Positions 25,423 through 37,903 of a stretch of 64,000 nt of DNA are shown here, one piece after another. The notes beneath the pieces are model-generated. The model was not told the DNA's origin. It saw only the letters and a list, made by a program, of their open reading frames with translations, and ran no database searches. This stretch comes from Macrostomum lignano. Lineage: Eukaryota. How positions within the stretch are numbered: position 1 is the stretch's first letter; each line of letters starts with the position of its first letter. The translations under genes and the position numbers were made by a program. Location of the stretch: contig NIVC01002164.1 of assembly GCA_002269645.1 (NCBI GenBank), positions 124,001 through 188,000 on the forward strand, read 5' to 3'.

Positions 25423-26757
25423 TGTACGCCTTGACAAGAGGACAAAGTTTTTCATCTGTTAAAATAATTATAGCTGAGAAAAATCTGGAAAGATCTCAGT
25501 CTGTCTGAGCCAAATAAGAAAGCACTGGAAGCAAGCAGGCAACTCCACTTGTAGAGCAGTGCAGACAGTGAAATGAAGAGAAACAGTCGGTACTGAGTAA
25601 ACCTCTCAAGTGCAGTGGCGGCCCCCTGGCTGAGGGCAGCACGTGGAGGCACCCGGCAAACTGACTGGGACAGAGCTCGGAGGTCTTGGGGTCCTCAGAC
25701 CACACGCAGAGTAACCAATTACATGGTGTTGAGGCCAAAAAACGCATGTATTTGCTGCAGGTTACAATCCATTATTGTGTCTATTATATACTTCTATAGT
25801 TCTCTGACTTGCCCGCCAGCAAGAAGTCGCTGCTCATTTCAATCTATTGAGCGACCGGGCGGCCACCCAAAAAGCTTATATTAATTCTGCATCTCCTTTT
25901 CACCTGTCAAAAAACACGGAGTTCCGACTCAAAAGCTTCATTAAGTGACTCCGCGGGGGGTCGCACCCGCGAGTAGCAAGGCAGAAGGCAACCTGCACCT
26001 GAATGACTCATCCTTGCAATTCAAGCTTATGAAACACATTTTACATGACAATCGTCATGACCTCAAACACTCGCTAACTGTTTTCGAACTTTCGGCATTC
26101 AGTCAATTCTTCATCAGTTTTTTATTATTTTATTACTCAGTCGACTGTTATATTTTTTCTGCGTTTTTGAAACTTCCTTTTATTTTTTCCACTGCAAATG
26201 CTTATCTTGTGTCCAATTTAAGACTGCAAAAAGGCGAAAACATGCCTGTGCACTTTCCCCCAGAGTGTAGGCGTTTATCTACCTGGTACTTATCTGGAAG
26301 TTCGAAACGGCGCTCTTAATTTCCAGGTGAAAGGAGTACGGTAGTTCAGTGTCGGGTCAGGCTATATGTGAAAACCTTTGAGTACTAATTGCTAAAACCA
26401 TGCGGGAAATCAGTGACCTGCCAATCAGAAGACAACTGCGGAAATTGAGCAAAAGTGGCCTGACGCCACGCCTGCAGCGCACACTGCTATAGATGGGCAG
26501 TGCGGGCCGCTGCCACGTTCGAGCATCGCCTCTGCATGAGAGCGGACTGTCTGTTAGGAGCCTTTATCGGCTGCCCTCTATCTGGCTCTCTGTGCTTCTC
26601 TTGCCCACAGGCCACAGGCTCTGTCATGACATGACAGGTCTGGAGTGCCGCCTGATCTGATAGCTCGTATGCTCAAAACTCGCTCCTTGATCAGGAATTG
26701 AAGCAAACTCTCGCTACTCATCAACCGCCCCCTGATAGCCTGGCTCATCACCGCTCC

Positions 26758-28015
26758 TTTGTTTACCCTCCGCCCCTCGTTCATCCCATCCGCCCCTGGT
26801 TCATTCCATCCGCCCCTCGTTCTCCATCCGCCCCTCGTTCATCCCATCCGCCCCTGGTTCATCCCATCCGCCCCTGGTTCATCCCATCCGCCCCTCGTTC
26901 ATCCCATCCGCCCCTCGTTCATCCCATCCGCCCCTCGTTCATCCCATCCGCCCCTCGTTCATCCCATCCGCCCCTCGTTCTCCCATCCGCCCCTCGTTCA
27001 TCCCATCCGCCCCTCGTTCATCCCATCCGCCCCTCGTTCATCCCATCCGCCCCTCGTTCATCCCATCCGCCCCTCGTTCATCCCATCCGCCCCTCGTTCT
27101 CCCATCCGCCCCTCGTTCATCCCATCCGCCCCTCGTTCATCCCATCCGCCCCTCGTTCATCCCATCCGCCCCTCGTTCATCCCATCCGCCCCTGGTTCAT
27201 CCCATCCGCCCCTCGTTCATCCCATCCGCCCCTCGTTCATCCCATCCGCCCCTCGTTCATCCCATCCGCCCCTCGTTCATCCCATCCGCCCCTCGTTCAT
27301 CCCATCCGCCCTCGTTCATCCCATCCGCCCCTCGTTCTCCCATCCGCCCCTCGTTCATCCCATCCGCCCCTCGTTCTCCCATCCGCCCCTCGTTCATCCC
27401 ATCCGCCCCTGGTTCATCCCATCCGCCCCTCGTTCTCCCATCCGCCCCTCGTTCATCCCATCCGCCCCTCGTTCATCCCATCCGCCCCTCGTTCATCCCA
27501 TCCGCCCCTCGTTCTCCCATCCGCCCCTCGTTCATCCCATCCGCCCCTCGTTCATCCCATCCGCCCTCGTTCATCCCATCCGCCCCTCGTTCATCCCATC
27601 CGCCCCTCGTTCATCCCATCCGCCCCTCGTTCATCCCATCCGCCCCTCGTTCATCCCATCCGCCCCTCGTTCATCCCATCCGCCCCTTGTTAATTTCCAT
27701 ATACCCCTCGTTCATCCCATCCGCCCCTTGTTAATTTCCATATACCCCTCGTTCATCCCATCCGCCCCTGGTTCATCCCATCCGCCCCAACCGCCCTAGT
27801 TCATCCCATCCGCCCCTGGTTCATCCCATTTACCCTTCGTTCATCCCATTCGCCCTTCGTTCATCCCATCCTCCCCTCGTTCATCCCATTCGCCCTTCGT
27901 TCATCCCATCCTCCCCTCGTTCTTCCCATTCGCCCCTGGTTCATCCCATTTACCCTTCGTTCATCCCATCCGCCCCTCGTTCATCCCATCCACCCCTCGT
28001 TCATCCCATCCGCCC
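26758..28015. repeat. 20-bp minisatellite
   Basis: CGCCCCTCGTTCATCCCATC, about 60 copies, degenerating at the right end. Confidence 0.97.
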
Positions 28016-28964
28016 CTCACTTCCCCACCCGCCCCGTGACAACGGCCTTCACCTGTCCCCAAGCATCGCAGTTTTCTTCACTACATACAGAGGCCGCGCA
28101 GAACTTTTTCAACTGCAGCAAGCAGCAGTCAGTCAGCGAGTATCAGTGAGCTCACTGGTGCTACAACAGAGCTTGTGGGCAGCCGCTGCAGACTGCTACC
28201 CAACTGCCATATTAGCGCATCATTAAATTTATGTAAAATAGATAAGCCCAATTCTCAGACCGGAATTATCTGGCGAGGGAATTCACTCGGAAAGGGAAGG
28301 TGGGCCCTCCTTACCTTAGAGGGCTGGGGTTAATAAAAATCGTTATCTGTCGCATGTTGATATCACAGGGTGCGTGCCTACAGTGAACGAAGGGGAGAGT
28401 TGAAATTTAGCGCAACAATTCAATTAGCCGTTATCTCGAAGGTGTCGCGCAATGCAGCAGCGCGTATGTGCAGTAAAAGCTTACTCTGCTGGAGAATTTC
28501 AAATAAAGTACACGATGTCACGCGATCTGTGCAGCTTTGCAGCCGAATCCGCCTGCTATTTCTCAGATGCGCAGTTCTGGTGCCGCTTGAATTGTACCAT
28601 TGGAGCAGTGATAACTAATACGCAGTTGAATACTTGGCACAGAAAGCACACACTCAATTGGTTCCACGTGACCAAAACTGTTCGCTATCGCGGCAAGGTC
28701 AAATTGTGTTTCTAGTTTTCAAAAATAAGTACTTATTTAGTCTGTAACTGGGTCTCTACCATCTCTTTCTTTTCTTCTTCCACTGTATCCAAGTCACCAG
28801 ATTTGGACAGCGGTATACATGGGCAGGGCATTGAGCCAGCCTGTTCGCTCTAAGGAATGGGTCCTGGTTTGGGAATTCTCTTCTGTACTCCACTTGGTTC
28901 TCCTACGGCTCTTTAATTATATTATTTTTTCTTTCAACTTCCTTGCACTTGTATCTTCCCATCT

Positions 28965-29125
28965 TTCCCTCTCCCTCTCTCCCTCCCTCTCTCCCTCCCT
29001 CTCCCTCTTCCTCTCCCTCTCCTCAGCTCTCCTTCTCTGTCTTCCCTTTCTCTCTCCATCTCCCTCTCCCTCTATCCCTCTCCCTCCCCCCTCTCTTCTC
29101 CCTCTCTCTATCAACCTCTCCTCTT
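28965..29125. repeat. Polypyrimidine (CT-rich) tract
   Basis: Directly visible. Confidence 0.85.
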
Positions 29126-30937
29126 CTATCCACCACCGCCTGTCCCGCAAAATGGCAAGGCTCCGGAGGCGGGTGGCCAGAAGCCAGGCCAAGGCCGGCT
29201 GGGGGGGGGGGCTCGATCCTGGCCAGAGCTCCACGCATAGAGTAGATCGGAAGGCCACAGTTATATTAAGATTCACGTGCTGTGCAAAACTTCGTTCTTT
29301 TAAATGTTGACGAGGATTTTGTTTTAATTGAAACTTTTGTAAGACCGCCGATCGGTTGATAAGCAAATCGCCATTTTCTGCAGCACAGTGTGCTTCTAAT
29401 AGATGTCATTCTTCTCTTCCTTATCAGAGCATCTGAATTTTTATTTCTGCAAGTCAATTTATAGCGTACCACCAACCTGTGAATCGGGTTTGATTCCCCT
29501 GTCAAAAAGCTATAAGAATTTCCCAAACTGCCTTCCCATCCGTGTTTTTTTTCTATAGTAGCTTAAACAGGAAAGAAGTGCTGAATTTTGGGAAATGGGA
29601 AGGAAGTTGCTTCGGGTGGGGCCTCGGAGAGAGAGAGAGAAGCCGACATCCAGCATTTATGACCTTCCTTCCGAACCCCCGCTGCCCTCTCTTCAACTGG
29701 GCAGCCCCATGCAGGATGCTGCCGCTGTCTCAGAGCTGGGTCTGCTCTGAAGGTGACAGAAACTAGAGGGGGGGGGGGGCAGATGGCCCTTAGCTTGACG
29801 GCTTTCCGCTGCCTGCTTGCTGCCGCATACACCGCTGCTCACGCCATACCAGCCGCCCTGGATTAAGGACTCAACCTCGCATTGTACCCAAGCGGCCACC
29901 GCCTTCCTTCACCGCCTCTGAGGCTCCAACTGATTTATCCTTCAACAGCGTCTGAGCCTCCCGGATCCATTGCGGTCAAGCAAGCCTTGTACCGAGATAA
30001 AGCCAGCATCGGTTTTGAAAAGTTATCAGCAAAGCAGTCGGCAAAGGCAGCCTGGGTGGTATTAACCCTTCTTTGAGTTTGCGGAGCCGCCGGTGCCACA
30101 GCAACAACAGTCTGGCCAGGTGAACCTGCATGCTACCTCTGACCACTAAAGGTCAGTCTGGGAACAGGGGGGACCCCCGAATTTTTCTTTCAATTTCCTC
30201 CCTCCCCTCCCTGCAAATCTCCCTCCCTCTTGCAGCCCAACTCTGTCGGCGTCGCCCCTTTGTCCGGCCCGCTTCCAATTCCTTTGAGGTTCGCCCGCCC
30301 CACTCGCATCCTGCAGCTTCTTCACTGCTGCCGGGGATGCGAGTGGGTTCGCTCCCCGCCCAATGGGGGTTATGGAGAGCCTTGCACTTGTTGCCGCCGC
30401 TGGCCCCCGATGCTTTGTCGGCAATTTTCCGTCTAACAAAAAATACAACTTGCCCACCCATCCACCTGCGGCTCCCGCCGCCCCACCGTGTCAAACTGCG
30501 GGCAGACTGACCTCCCGGGGGGGGCGGTCCTGTCTAAAATCCGCGCCTCAATCTCTTCGACTTTTTCAAAGCGCAATACCTGCTGCTTGTCTTGTTATCT
30601 AACTGCTGCAGTTTCCCCTCAGCCGGCACATTAAACACCCGGGGGGTCCCGGCAGTTTGAAACCTACCTGCATGTGCCGCGCTGCTCACTCGGCAAGCGC
30701 CTGTCTGGCCTCGCCTCTCATTGGCTGGGCGGCTTTTGGGGCCACCCTCGCAGCTGGAGGGGGCGTCCCTTACGCCAAGCATAAAAGCTCACCCGCCAAA
30801 AGACAGACTCTGGCAGTCGTTTTTTAAAGAAGAAAACAGCTTAGAGTTGACAAGCGTCAAAGCTGCTCACTTTTGATGCCTACAGAGGCTCGCTAGCGCC
30901 TTCGCTCAACGGTGTATTCGGAGAAGATTTGTTTAAA

Positions 30938-32128
30938 ATGACAGCAACTGACGAAGCCGAGCGGTTCATCATGGAGCTGCTGAGCGAGCCAGCGGAACCG
31001 CAGCCTGGCTGGCGGGCTGACGACCTCGCCGAGCTGGACAGCAGCCACTTTGACGCCATGCGAAACGCCTTTGACGATCTGCTGACGTACGACAGCGCAA
31101 CCTTGATCGGAATGTACCAGCTGTCGCCGCAGCCACCGCAGCAACAGCCGCTGCCTCTGCCGCAGCCATGGCAGTTCCCCGAGTTGCTTTCCGTTGACCT
31201 CGACGATGACCAGGCACTGGAGCAGCTGCAGCCACAGCAGCTGCAGCCACAGCAGCTGCAGAAGTCGCAGTTCGCCGCCTGCTCCGAAGCCGCTCTGCTG
31301 GCAATGCGCCGGCGCTCAGACTCCGGCTACTCGGCATCAACCCGGAGTCCATGCAGCGAAGGCAGCAGCTTCTGCGAGTCGAATTCGCCTCAGCAGGTGC
31401 CGCTGCCGCTGCCGCAACCGCCGCCGCCGGCTCCTCCTCTATCGCTGTGGCAAAGCGACGAGAAGCCTCCGACAGCCGGCGGTCTCGATGAGGGCTTCAG
31501 CGACACCACCAGAGGGCGCTGCCATGCCGGCTTTCAATCGAAGTTTCGAATTGGAAAAATTCGAAGTAAGCGAAAATCTGCAGCGTAGGGAAATCTATAA
31601 ATAATGCTGCAAATTCCCGCTGTCTGTAAAGTCCGCACACAGCTGTGCAGGAATGCACGGGCTGATCCCCCACCTTCTATCCATAATCATATCCACTGAA
31701 CTATAGGCTTATATTCACTGCGCACGGATGGAAAGAGGGCAACACTGCTTGTGCTTGAAAACACATTGATGAAGCGTTATAGTACAGTTCTTATTAAGTC
31801 GCAAACTCCATGATCAAGTCCTCCGCCTTCTTCTGCCCACGCAGAGCCCAAGAGCCGGCAGTTGCAGCTGTGGGAGTTTCTCTACCAGCTGCTCCACGAG
31901 GCCTCGGACAGTCCGGCTCTGGTCTGGGAGAGCCGGGCGGACGGCGTGTTCCGCATCGAGCGCCCGGCCGCCTTGGCCGAGGCGTGGGGCCGGCATCGCT
32001 GCCGCGGCAGCATGACCTACGAGAAGATGTCCCGCACGCTCAGGTACTACTACGAGAAGCAGCTCATCACCAAGGTGACGGGCCGGCAGCACACCTACAG
32101 ATTTCACTACGACAAATTTCCTCAGTAA
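30938..32128 (+). CDS. ETS-domain transcription factor, ~303 aa (no PNT domain evident)
   Basis: Exons 30938-31565 and 31845-32128 (phase 1, GT-AG). ETS domain LWEFLYQLL...W...GVFRI...LAEAWG...MTYEKMSRTLRYYY...KV.G...YRF lies at the C-terminus; the N-terminus is acidic/Q/P/S-rich. Confidence 0.9.
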
Positions 32129-34256
32129 CCAACTAATGGCCCACCTGTGCCCCCAACTGATAGTCTTCTGTCTGGTCTGACTGGCATTGTGCTAATCATT
32201 TCTACACAACTATCACGATTTTTTCCACTGAATCGTCTCAATCAGTGATTTCCGCCTCCAATCGTTTCTTCTATGCGCTCCATTAGCATCGAATTTTATC
32301 TCCGTAGTTTTGCATTTCTGCTGTTTTTTTCTGCTACAGACGCGGCCGAATAGTAATCTGGGAGGGAGGGGGCGCAGTTGGTAAAGACCCTGAAGATGTG
32401 TTGTTCGCTTCGGCCCATAGCTCGGGTAAAAACGTGCTCAGAGGAAGGGCTGGCAGTGCTTGTCTTGGGGTATAGAAGAAAGAAAACAAGAGCACAGCTC
32501 AGCCTTTGCTTGCTTTCGAGACCCCCGCGGCAGAGGGTCAGGGCTGACTCAGGTGAGTTACAACTGTTTTCTCAGAGAGCAAAATTCGGATGTAAACAAT
32601 AGTGAAACATCGGGATTCACATAGTGAAACTAGACTCATTGTGGTTTCTACTACTACGTACTACTGCTAGTAGCACAGTCTGTAAATCCAAATTGTAAAT
32701 TTCCTGCTTGTTGTTCAGCCTTAGCTTTTTCCATTATTTAATATAGAGAGATTGTCAGGTATAGGTAATTGCATGGTCTCTGATCTCTTCAGGTGAGCAT
32801 CACCCAGATTTGGCTGGCTCCTTCGGCCGGCTGCAAGAAACTCTGTTTTATATTTTCCTCCGCTTCCTTTATAGGATTCAACTGTATTTTATTACCTCCA
32901 CAAAACCGATAGTTTTCCTGTAAGCTACTCACATCTCAGTAGCATATCTGCACACATGCAGCTAAAAATTGATTTTTTGCTCGAAAAATTGATGTCGATT
33001 TTTTTTTATCGGATCCTGCTCAGGCCGCAGAACAGTGATAAACACTCGCTCTCTGACCGACTTGGGACCAGCGCGCCCCGCAGACTGCTGTTGATTTTAT
33101 CCGCCTCAGAAATTGCCTAACTAAACTGCTTCGCCGTATTAAAATATTCTCATTGTGTAGCAAAACTCCTTGCGACATTCACTGCCTTCACTCGTCAATT
33201 GTCTCGTCAATTTTCCCCAAACGAAAACCGATCGCATCTCCCTCTGAGCACTTGCAAAAACGAGTTTTGAGTCAATGATCCAGTAAGTCAAGCTATGCAT
33301 TCTTCATCACCATGGTTACAGCAGTTCGAGTTGGGTGGTGACTATACAGCAACCAATTGAATATAAAACTTAACTGCTAGCTGCAGTGGCTTACGCCTGC
33401 TGCGCTGCAAGGTTCGCAATGTTTGTGCTTATTTAAACTTGTCTGAATATTCGTAAGCTATTTATTTTCTACAATCAATACGCATTCATTTTATGAGAAA
33501 GATCCGCGTTAAACCCCGCCCGCCCGCCGGTCGATCGATCGGTCCACTCAGCATTAGATATAAGATTGAACTAATTAATTCATTTAATTCATTTATCGCA
33601 ATATAGTGACATAAATACAGATGCAGACTGGCTAAACCTTTGAGGCTCTGTTCTCATTCTCTAGCTCAGTTTAGGGTTCGTTTTGAGCAATTGTGTGAGC
33701 AAAACATACACTAGGTTGATGGAGCAGGAAATTTACTGCAGTTGATGCAGCGAAAAATAGAGGTAAAGATGAACACAAAAGCAAGGAATACGACGATTTG
33801 AAATGTATAAAAATAGATCTTCGAGCTTCAGATGTTATCAACGTGCGTTTTTATGCCGGCATTCGAGCCGGGCAAGCCGGTAAACAAATAGAATTGTAGA
33901 CAAGAAACAAGGCCAGATTCTGGGACAAAAATATGACTAAGAAACACGAGCCCGTTGCATGAAAGAAAAATACGAGTAGCTCACATCGGTACCGAAGACA
34001 CATATGCGCATGTAAACACCAGGGAAATTCTGTTTTGATTACCGGCGTAAGCAAACGATATGAAAGAAACAACAACACCTGTAATTCTGCAAGGGTTCAA
34101 TCAAGTACCCTTGATTGAATGCATGATGATTATGTCTAATAATTTACACATGTACTCATGACTAATTTACGGAAAACATTTACATATACATGTTACATGT
34201 ATATCGACATATGCCGATTTCAATGTAGACGTCTATAGCAAGTGGTTTTCGTTTAA

Positions 34257-36373
34257 CCATTAGGAAGCCAAAGGCCTGCACCGCGGGCCATACCGAAACG
34301 CCCCAAAAGCCCAGAGATTCAAGAAATGTCAATGGCATCAAAAAGAATCTTCCCAATCACTAAAACAAGTTCCCAGTATGGCCTGCTGTGCAGGACGTGA
34401 CTGATTAAAAAAATTCCATCATGTATTTCCAGTATGTTTTGACTCCAATTTTAAAGGTGAAATAAGCGTGCGCAGTGAAAATTTGTGGTGATGCACAAAT
34501 ATATGGTCGTATTAAATGTAGCTTACTCTAATCACTTCACTAATTTATTATAATTATTATTAAACAAATAAAAAAAATGTTGCCGGTTCCAAACAAAAAA
34601 AGGACATGAAAAGAAAAGTGTAGCAGGTTTCAAGTTGGGAGACGCCAATACAGGACTGCTCGTGGGACCTCAATGTGTCTCGTGCCAGATCCTGAAGCAT
34701 GCATCTGGACAGAGACCAGGATTTCCCGGGACATTAGCTGCAGCAGAATACTGTCTTCTTAGCTGAAACGTCAGGGTTTCAAAGAGCACATTCGGCATCG
34801 TTTGCTTGGGCGAGCCTGGGCTTCCGTTACTGGTAGACTCAATTGGTGAATGAATTGGACGGTTAGCCTGCATCGGGGCTGGAACCTGAGTCGGTGGCCG
34901 AGCGCGTCCCTGTCCTGAGTCGCGGATCAGCGTCTTGATGCTATTCTCTAGAAAAGTAAAAAATTTGGCTGTCCCACCACATTTCTTGTACAGCGTCCAA
35001 GAGTTTCGTCCAAGCGTGAGAATCAGGTGAAACGCGACTTTCTGGAACCATTTGTAGGACTTACGATTTGGATGGTAGAGATACACGGACGCATCGAGTC
35101 GATCAACGCCACCCATATTGCGATTGTACTGCACGACAGCTGTTGGTTTTGGAATTTGTTCAACTTGACCACCGCGAAGAATTCTGCGAACATCAGTGCA
35201 AGCGGCAGGCATGCTTGTGTCCAGAAGGTAGACGACTTTTGTTCCTGAGGCCTTTCTGTCTGCTAGCTTGATAAGCGAGTGTCTGATTGCACCTTTTGAA
35301 GAAACCCTGACAGAGTAATCAGAAATTTTTCTTGCGATTCTCTCGGGATTCCACGATCCTTTCGAACAGTTCCGGTGAGCAGTCTTTTTGTTGAACAATT
35401 AGATGGCCAATCTGTGTGACGTAAACCAACTGTCTGTGAATTTGTGGTATCCTTCACACAGCAGTTCGCGGCTAAGCCCAACAACGACTCGTTCGCTCAA
35501 GGAGAGCGCATCGCATTGGAGACCGGCACTGAAGGTTGCGTGCTCGGCCTCAATGGAACGCAGCAGGAAATTTCACAGGTATCCCGTCGTGGACTCAGTC
35601 GGCAATAAAGTTTGATGCCGTATACTTCGCCAATTCCTGCTTGGAATATACTGCTTCAGCAGTAGTCTCCCTTATACAGAATCAGCGTCTCCTCGATGGC
35701 GACATCCTGCTCTGGTCGCGTAGGTTTTGCGACAAATTCGGCTAATCAACCTGGTGGTAAAAATCACGTCGAAATGACGTCGAAAAGCGACGTCGAAATT
35801 TCACGTCGATTTGAACCACGATTTCGACGTCGAATGAAAGATTCAAACGACCACTCATTTGTCGTAAGTTTTTGATAGGCAAATATCGACTCTATTTCGA
35901 CGTGATTTTTACCGCCGGGAAGTCCAGAAAAGGCCTTACTTTACACAATGGGTCGTTTGATATAAAACTCTCGGCAGTTGTAGCACGGAAGTGAAACGCG
36001 GCCAGTAGTTGAAGAAATCGCCAACAGGGAAGGCGCGCTCGGCATCTGTGGACCAGTAGTGGCGTATGGTCGGCTTGCTGTTAATGCCCATGAAGAGCAC
36101 CATTCCCAGAAACGTTTTCATGCAGGAAACTCTTCCTCGCCAGTTTCTGCACTCTACTGCTGGAACTCCCTCACTGCCAACCACATTTGCTCATTGGTTC
36201 CATTGACAAGACTGGTGAGAAACTCTTCAGTCAGGAAGATTTAATAAAAAGTCTGTCATACCCTCGTCTGCATTCTCTGATAGATTGATGATGCGTCTTC
36301 AGAATCGGAATCGAGTCCTAGTCTTCGCAAGGCGGTCACTTTTAGCTGTGTTTTTCTGGCGCGTCGAAGCCAT
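34257..36373 (-). mobile_element. Degenerate piggyBac-family DNA transposon (transposase pseudogene)
   Basis: Frameshifted pieces: FLGMVLFMGI..KPTIRHYWST, DPLCKVRPFLD, VAIEETLILYKG, GYHKFTDSWFTS, GTVRKDRGIP, YNRNMGGVDRLD, and C-terminal Cys-rich KRCRMC / PGLCPDACFRIWH. Candidate terminus TTAA|CCATTAGGAAGCC at 34253-34269; the opposite end was not found. Confidence 0.88.
35750..35919. mobile_element. 170-bp MITE nested in the piggyBac transposase
   Basis: 26-bp TIRs CC(T/C)GG(T/C)GGTAAAAATCACGTCGAAAT, flanked by AA on both sides. Removing the element plus one AA restores the transposase frame (..RPFLDLISRICRKTY..). Confidence 0.85.
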
Positions 36374-37903
36374 AATTTGTGGGTAAGGAAAGTTTAAACA
36401 GGAACTAGCAGAAAAACTCTATGTGGTATACTTTACTTTTGGGCTTTTAGGGTGCACTCATAAAGTTCATAAAGTGAGGCCCCAGTAACTTAATGTACAC
36501 AAGTTAAATGATACGTCATTCTGCATACAGTAGTTTTTAGTTTAATGCAATCGGTTTTAAAGTTGTTTCGAGTAAAACAAAATCGCTGAGTGATAATTTC
36601 TTTTATTTATTGAAACAATACTAGTGTTTTAGATTTGACGTTTTTATTTGTATATTAGTTAACGATAGACGTTTTTTCATTAGTATTTTTATGTACGACG
36701 CAAAAACGCGCGATAAATTACCGAAAATTTGATTACCAATGTATTCAGAGAAATAACTAAATGCTTCCGTGTGCCATGTTTTTTCAGGGCGTGTTTTGTT
36801 TCTACACCTATCTCAACCCAGCAGACTTCAACAGCTTTCATTTTTACTCAAATAATAAACGCACATTTTTACTTCATGCAGCTGTATCATGCTGCGAGTA
36901 CTGGAGTAGCTACTTAATTGTATTGATACATCATACAGCATGACAACATAGATAGTGTAGCATTGTACGAACGTTAACATTTTATAAATAAGATAATTCT
37001 CTGCTAGATGATACAAGGGATAATAGTTTACGCATTTGGCTAAGTCTCAATTTATAGCAGAAGATAGAATAGATAGAATACTCACAGTATAGAAGATAGA
37101 ATAGGCTAATAGCTAATGCAATGAAAAGATTGAGCCATTATTCTATAGTATTATAGAATACTATACTAAGTATAGATACTAGATACTTATAGATCTTACT
37201 TTTTCAATATGAAAAAGTAATGGCTGATTGGGAAAATATTTTAGCAATTAATAACATCATTAATTACAATATCTTCATTAAAAAAATAATTTTAGGGCTT
37301 TCAAAGCCAGAAAAATATAATATTAGCACTAAAAAAGTTTACTATTTCAAGTCCAGTTATATTTTTAAATGTAAAAAAGGTAGTTTTAATTATGTTAAGG
37401 CAATTATTTCATTAATTGAGTTTTTTGTCTCATGTTTTGCTAATATTGCTTTGCTTTATATATTAACAAAATTATATGGAATTAAAGTATCAAAATAAAA
37501 TTGCTCAGATGATTGATTTTTTATAGCATTGTCTTTGCACATATATTTAATATATATATTATTAAAGTTATTAGTTGATACCTCAAAGCTCAATACCTAT
37601 AACCTTACATTTCTAAAAAATGGTTTTGTCAAGAATTATTTCAATTTTTTAAGATTTAAGATTTAGTTTCAATATACAATATGCAATATTAATTGATCTT
37701 GTGTCTTTTCCTTTCACTACCAAGTTGTGCAACAAAGCATTTTACAAATATATATTTATTATCTTTACTCTCTCAACCAATTCCGTTTCAGCCTTGAGTT
37801 GCAAATGTTGTGACAATTGCCTCGAACCACCTGTAAAATATTTGAATATTGATCTCCAGCAGATTAGTTCTCTACAAAAGATACGAAGGCCAGACTGCCT
37901 GCC

